Assembly (NCBI GenBank): GCA_963789955.1
Contig: CAWBMV010000001.1
Location: forward strand, 1 to 64,000
From: an uncultured Candidatus Rokubacteria bacterium
GTDB lineage: Bacteria > Methylomirabilota > Methylomirabilia > Rokubacteriales > CSP1-6
Direction of reading: 5' to 3'
DNA: 64,000 bases
In this document: positions 61,249-64,000 of the stretch, in pieces
Position numbering within the stretch: the stretch's first letter is position 1
Layout of the letters: every line of letters begins with the position of its first letter
Notes under the pieces: generated by a model
What the model saw: only the letters and a program-made list of their open reading frames with translations
Databases searched by the model: none
Told to the model about the DNA's origin: nothing
Position numbers and translations under genes: made by a program

Positions 61249-62286
61249 ATGACGCGCGCGCGCCGGTTCCTGATTCCGGTGGTGCTCTTCGCCGTCGGCG
61301 CGCTGACGGCGCCCGCCGGTGTCCTCGCCCAGGGAAGCCTGAACGTCTATTGCAGCGTCCAGGCCGAGTGGTGCCAGGCCGTCGCGAACGAGTTCCAGCG
61401 CCAGACCGGCATTCGGGTCGCGCTCACCCTGAAGGGCTCGGGTGAAACCTTCGCGCAGGTCAGCGCCGAGGCCGCAAACCCGAAAGGCGACGTCTGGTTC
61501 GGTGGCACCGGCGATCCTCATCTGGCGGCGGCCGAGCAGAATCTGACCATCGCCTACAAGTCGCCGAACCTCGACAAGCTGCACGACTGGGCGCGCCGCC
61601 AGGCCGAGCAGTCCGGCTACAAGACCGTGGGGATCTATGCGGGGGCGCTCGGGTTCGGCTATAACCCCGAGCTCCTGCAGAAAAAGAAGCTCGCCCCGCC
61701 GATGTGCTGGAAAGACCTGATCAAGTCGGACTACAAGGACGAGATCCAGATTGCGAACCCGAACTCGTCGGGAACGGCGTACACGGCCATCGCCACGATC
61801 GTGCAGCTCTTCGGTGAGGACGAGGCGTTCCGCTACCTGCGGCAGCTTCACCGCAACATCAACCAGTACACGCGGTCGGGCGTGGGCCCGATCAAGGCGG
61901 TTGCACGCGGCGAGACCTCGGTCAGCATCAGCTTCATGCACGACGGCGTCACCGAGGCGCTCGCCGGCTTCCCCGTGAAGATCCAGGCGCCGTGCGAGGG
62001 CACCGGCTATGAGGTCGGATCGCTCAGCATCATCAAGGGCACGCGCAATCTCGAGGGTTCGAAGAAGTTCGTCGACTGGGCGTTGACGCCGCAGGCGCAG
62101 AAGCTCGGCGCCGACTCCAAGCAGTTCCAGGTGCCGTCGAACCGAGAGGCTCAGCTGCCGCCGCAGGCGCCGCGGTTCGCCGACGTCAAGCTGATCAACT
62201 ACGACTTCGCGAAGTACGGCTCGAGCGCCGAGCGCAAGCGCTTGCTCGAGCGGTGGGAGCGAGAAGTCAACAGCCAGCCGAAGTAG
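61249..62286 (+). CDS. Fe3+/sugar-phosphate-type ABC substrate-binding protein (AfuA/FbpA family)
   Basis: Signal peptide; DVWFGGTGDPH, NPNSSGTAY and PCEGTGYE motifs. Confidence 0.9.
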   Translation: MTRARRFLIPVVLFAVGALTAPAGVLAQGSLNVYCSVQAEWCQAVANEFQRQTGIRVALTLKGSGETFAQVSAEAANPKGDVWFGGTGDPHLAAAEQNLTIAYKSPNLDKLHDWARRQAEQSGYKTVGIYAGALGFGYNPELLQKKKLAPPMCWKDLIKSDYKDEIQIANPNSSGTAYTAIATIVQLFGEDEAFRYLRQLHRNINQYTRSGVGPIKAVARGETSVSISFMHDGVTEALAGFPVKIQAPCEGTGYEVGSLSIIKGTRNLEGSKKFVDWALTPQAQKLGADSKQFQVPSNREAQLPPQAPRFADVKLINYDFAKYGSSAERKRLLERWEREVNSQPK

Positions 62287-62296
62287 GCGCGGCGCC

Positions 62297-64000
62297 ATGC
62301 GCGACAGTCTTCGCCGCTGGGCTCTCGTCTGGAGCCTGGTCGGTTGCGCCGGTCTCGCGCTCGTTCCCTGGTACGCGGCCTCCGACGGCAGCGGGCCGGG
62401 GAAGCTCCAGCTGCTGGTGCCCGGGCTCGCGCTCCTCATGGCGCTCGCGCTGCGAAATTTTCCGGCGCACCTCGGCCGCGCCACCCTCGGCCTTCGACTG
62501 ATGGTGCTGGGAGGGGGCGGCTTCATCTATATGGTCGCGCAAGGGTTCGCGGTCGGCGGCCAGCCCGGGATGGGGCTCGGCGCCGCGATCGTCGCGACGA
62601 GCCTCGTGATGCTGTTCGCGCTCGGGCTCGCCGCTCGCGGCTTCTTCAAGGGCGACGTCTTCGTCGCGGGCGCCGTCGTGGTCGTCACCGTCCTCGTCGG
62701 GCTCTTCACGCTCTATCCGGTCGCGCGGATTCTGTTGAGCGCGATCCAGGGGAGCGACGGCGCCGTCTCGGGTCGCGCGCTGGCCGAGCGCCTCTTCGCG
62801 GCAAAGATCTGGCGGCTCGACTGCCTCACCGGCGGGAGCTGTGGCGTCGGGTGGAACACGCTCCTGCTGGCGATCTTGACCGGGACCACGACGACCACCT
62901 TGGGCCTCGCGTTCGCGCTGGTGGCGACGCGGACCGGATTCAAGGCCAAGCGACTCCTGCGCGTGCTGACGGTGTTGCCGATCATCACACCGCCCTTCGT
63001 GATCGGCCTCGGGCTCATTCTGATCTTCGGCCGGTCCGGCCTCGTCAACCAATTCCTGGAATCGGCGCTCGCGATTCCGCCCTCGCGCTGGATCTACGGC
63101 CTGCCGGGCGTGTGGCTCGCGCAGACGTTCGCGTTCACGCCCGTCGCGTTCCTGGTACTGATCGGCGTCGTGGAAGGCGTGAGCCCATCTCTGGAAGAAG
63201 CGTCGCAAACCTTGCGGGCTAATCGCTGGCAGACGTTCAGTCGTGTCTCGCTGCCGCTGATGCTCCCCGGCCTCGCCAACGCGTTTCTGGTGGGTTTCAT
63301 CGAGAGCATCGCCGACTTCGGCAACCCGATCGTGCTCGGCGGCAACTTCGGCGTGCTCTCGACCGAAACATTCTTCTCGATCGTCGGTGCCCAGCTCGAC
63401 CAGGGGCGCGCGGCGGCGCTCGGCGTGCTCCTTGCTCGCGCTGGCGCTCGGCGCATTCTTCGTGCAGCGCCGGGTCGTGGGCCGCAGGGTCTACACGGCC
63501 ATCTCGGGCAAGGGCGACAGCGGACGCCCGGCGCCGTTGCCGCCGCTCGTGCAGCGTCTGGCGTTCGGCGTGGCGCTGCCGTGGGCGCTGCTCACCGTGG
63601 CGATCTACGGCATGGCGCTCGCGGGGGGATTCGTGGAGACCTGGGGACGCAACTACACGCCGACCCTGCGCCACTACGCGAAAGCGTTCTCCGTCGAGTG
63701 GGGCGCCACCGGCATCATCTGGTCGGGCTCGGCCTGGCGCTCCTTCTGGACGACGCTCGAGCTTGCCTCGATCGCCGCTCCGCTCACGGCGGCGCTCGGC
63801 ATCCTGACCGCCTACCTCCTGGTGCGCCAGCGCTTCGCGGGGCGCGCCGCGTTCGAGTTCGCCACGATGCTGAGCTTCGCGATTCCCGGCACCGTGATCG
63901 GCGTCAGCTACATCCTGGCCTTCAACGTGCCGCCGGTCGAGTTGACCGGCACCGGTGTCATCCTGATCGTCTGCTTCGTGTTCAGGAACATGCCGGTCGG
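62297..64000 (+). CDS. AfuB/FbpB-type ABC permease (frameshift near 63433; runs off the window end)
   Basis: Read directly: LPIITPPFVIG, LEEASQTLRA (EAA), ADFGNP and FAIPGTVIG motifs; absent from the ORF track. Confidence 0.88.
   Translation, partial: MRDSLRRWALVWSLVGCAGLALVPWYAASDGSGPGKLQLLVPGLALLMALALRNFPAHLGRATLGLRLMVLGGGGFIYMVAQGFAVGGQPGMGLGAAIVATSLVMLFALGLAARGFFKGDVFVAGAVVVVTVLVGLFTLYPVARILLSAIQGSDGAVSGRALAERLFAAKIWRLDCLTGGSCGVGWNTLLLAILTGTTTTTLGLAFALVATRTGFKAKRLLRVLTVLPIITPPFVIGLGLILIFGRSGLVNQFLESALAIPPSRWIYGLPGVWLAQTFAFTPVAFLVLIGVVEGVSPSLEEASQTLRANRWQTFSRVSLPLMLPGLANAFLVGFIESIADFGNPIVLGGNFGVLSTETFFSIVGAQLDQGRAAALGVLLARAGARRILRAAPGRGPQGLHGHLGQGRQRTPGAVAAARAASGVRRGAAVGAAHRGDLRHGARGGIRGDLGTQLHADPAPLRESVLRRVGRHRHHLVGLGLALLLDDARACLDRRSAHGGARHPDRLPPGAPALRGARRVRVRHDAELRDSRHRDRRQLHPGLQRAAGRVDRHRCHPDRLLRVQEHAGR

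Noticed and set aside
5433..63440. About 20 frameshifted genes, suggesting mass pseudogenisation or programmed frameshifting
   Set aside because: Single-base indels are scattered through otherwise intact genes, including essential murB, with no shared slippery motif. This is typical of uncorrected long-read error.
1..64000. CRISPR arrays, tRNA/rRNA genes, integrases or prophage genes
   Set aside because: No regularly spaced repeats, cloverleaf or rRNA signatures, or phage/integrase motifs were seen by eye.

Overview
A very GC-rich (visually ~70%), gene-dense 64-kb chromosomal segment of about 60 CDS. It is rich in transport and catabolic genes, and its content and style suggest a soil or subsurface bacterium such as Candidatus Rokubacteria (Methylomirabilota); this taxonomic call is an inference. 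Recognisable blocks: (1) a pqqABCDE operon facing away from a sorbosone/PQQ-type dehydrogenase, a dihaem cytochrome c and a molybdopterin oxidoreductase; (2) a DUF222-HNH putative mobile element; (3) hydantoinase/oxoprolinase A+B; (4) an SDR-hydrolase-LLM-phosphotransferase operon; (5) two peptide ABC systems lacking ATPase genes; (6) an orphan CoxL/XdhA-like subunit; (7) adenylate cyclase, REC and REC-PilZ signalling genes next to murB; (8) an SBP-amidohydrolase-sirtuin-hydrolase-AhpD-RidA run; (9) pdxH, an amidase with a small partner subunit, and an Fe3+/sugar-phosphate-type ABC transporter. About 20 single-base frameshifts spread through ordinary genes look like long-read errors. The strongest observations are: an AhpD/CMD peroxidase gene with an in-frame TGA exactly at the redox Cys position (CSYU) followed by a SECIS-like hairpin, i.e. 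a probable unannotated selenoprotein; many -10 boxes abutting start codons (leaderless genes); candidate CTG and ATT starts; a HisKA sensor with no ATPase domain; a GAF protein with a cyclase-like C-terminus; and a twice-repeated 16-bp palindrome plus a structured leader in the HNH element. No rRNA, tRNA or CRISPR array was seen.
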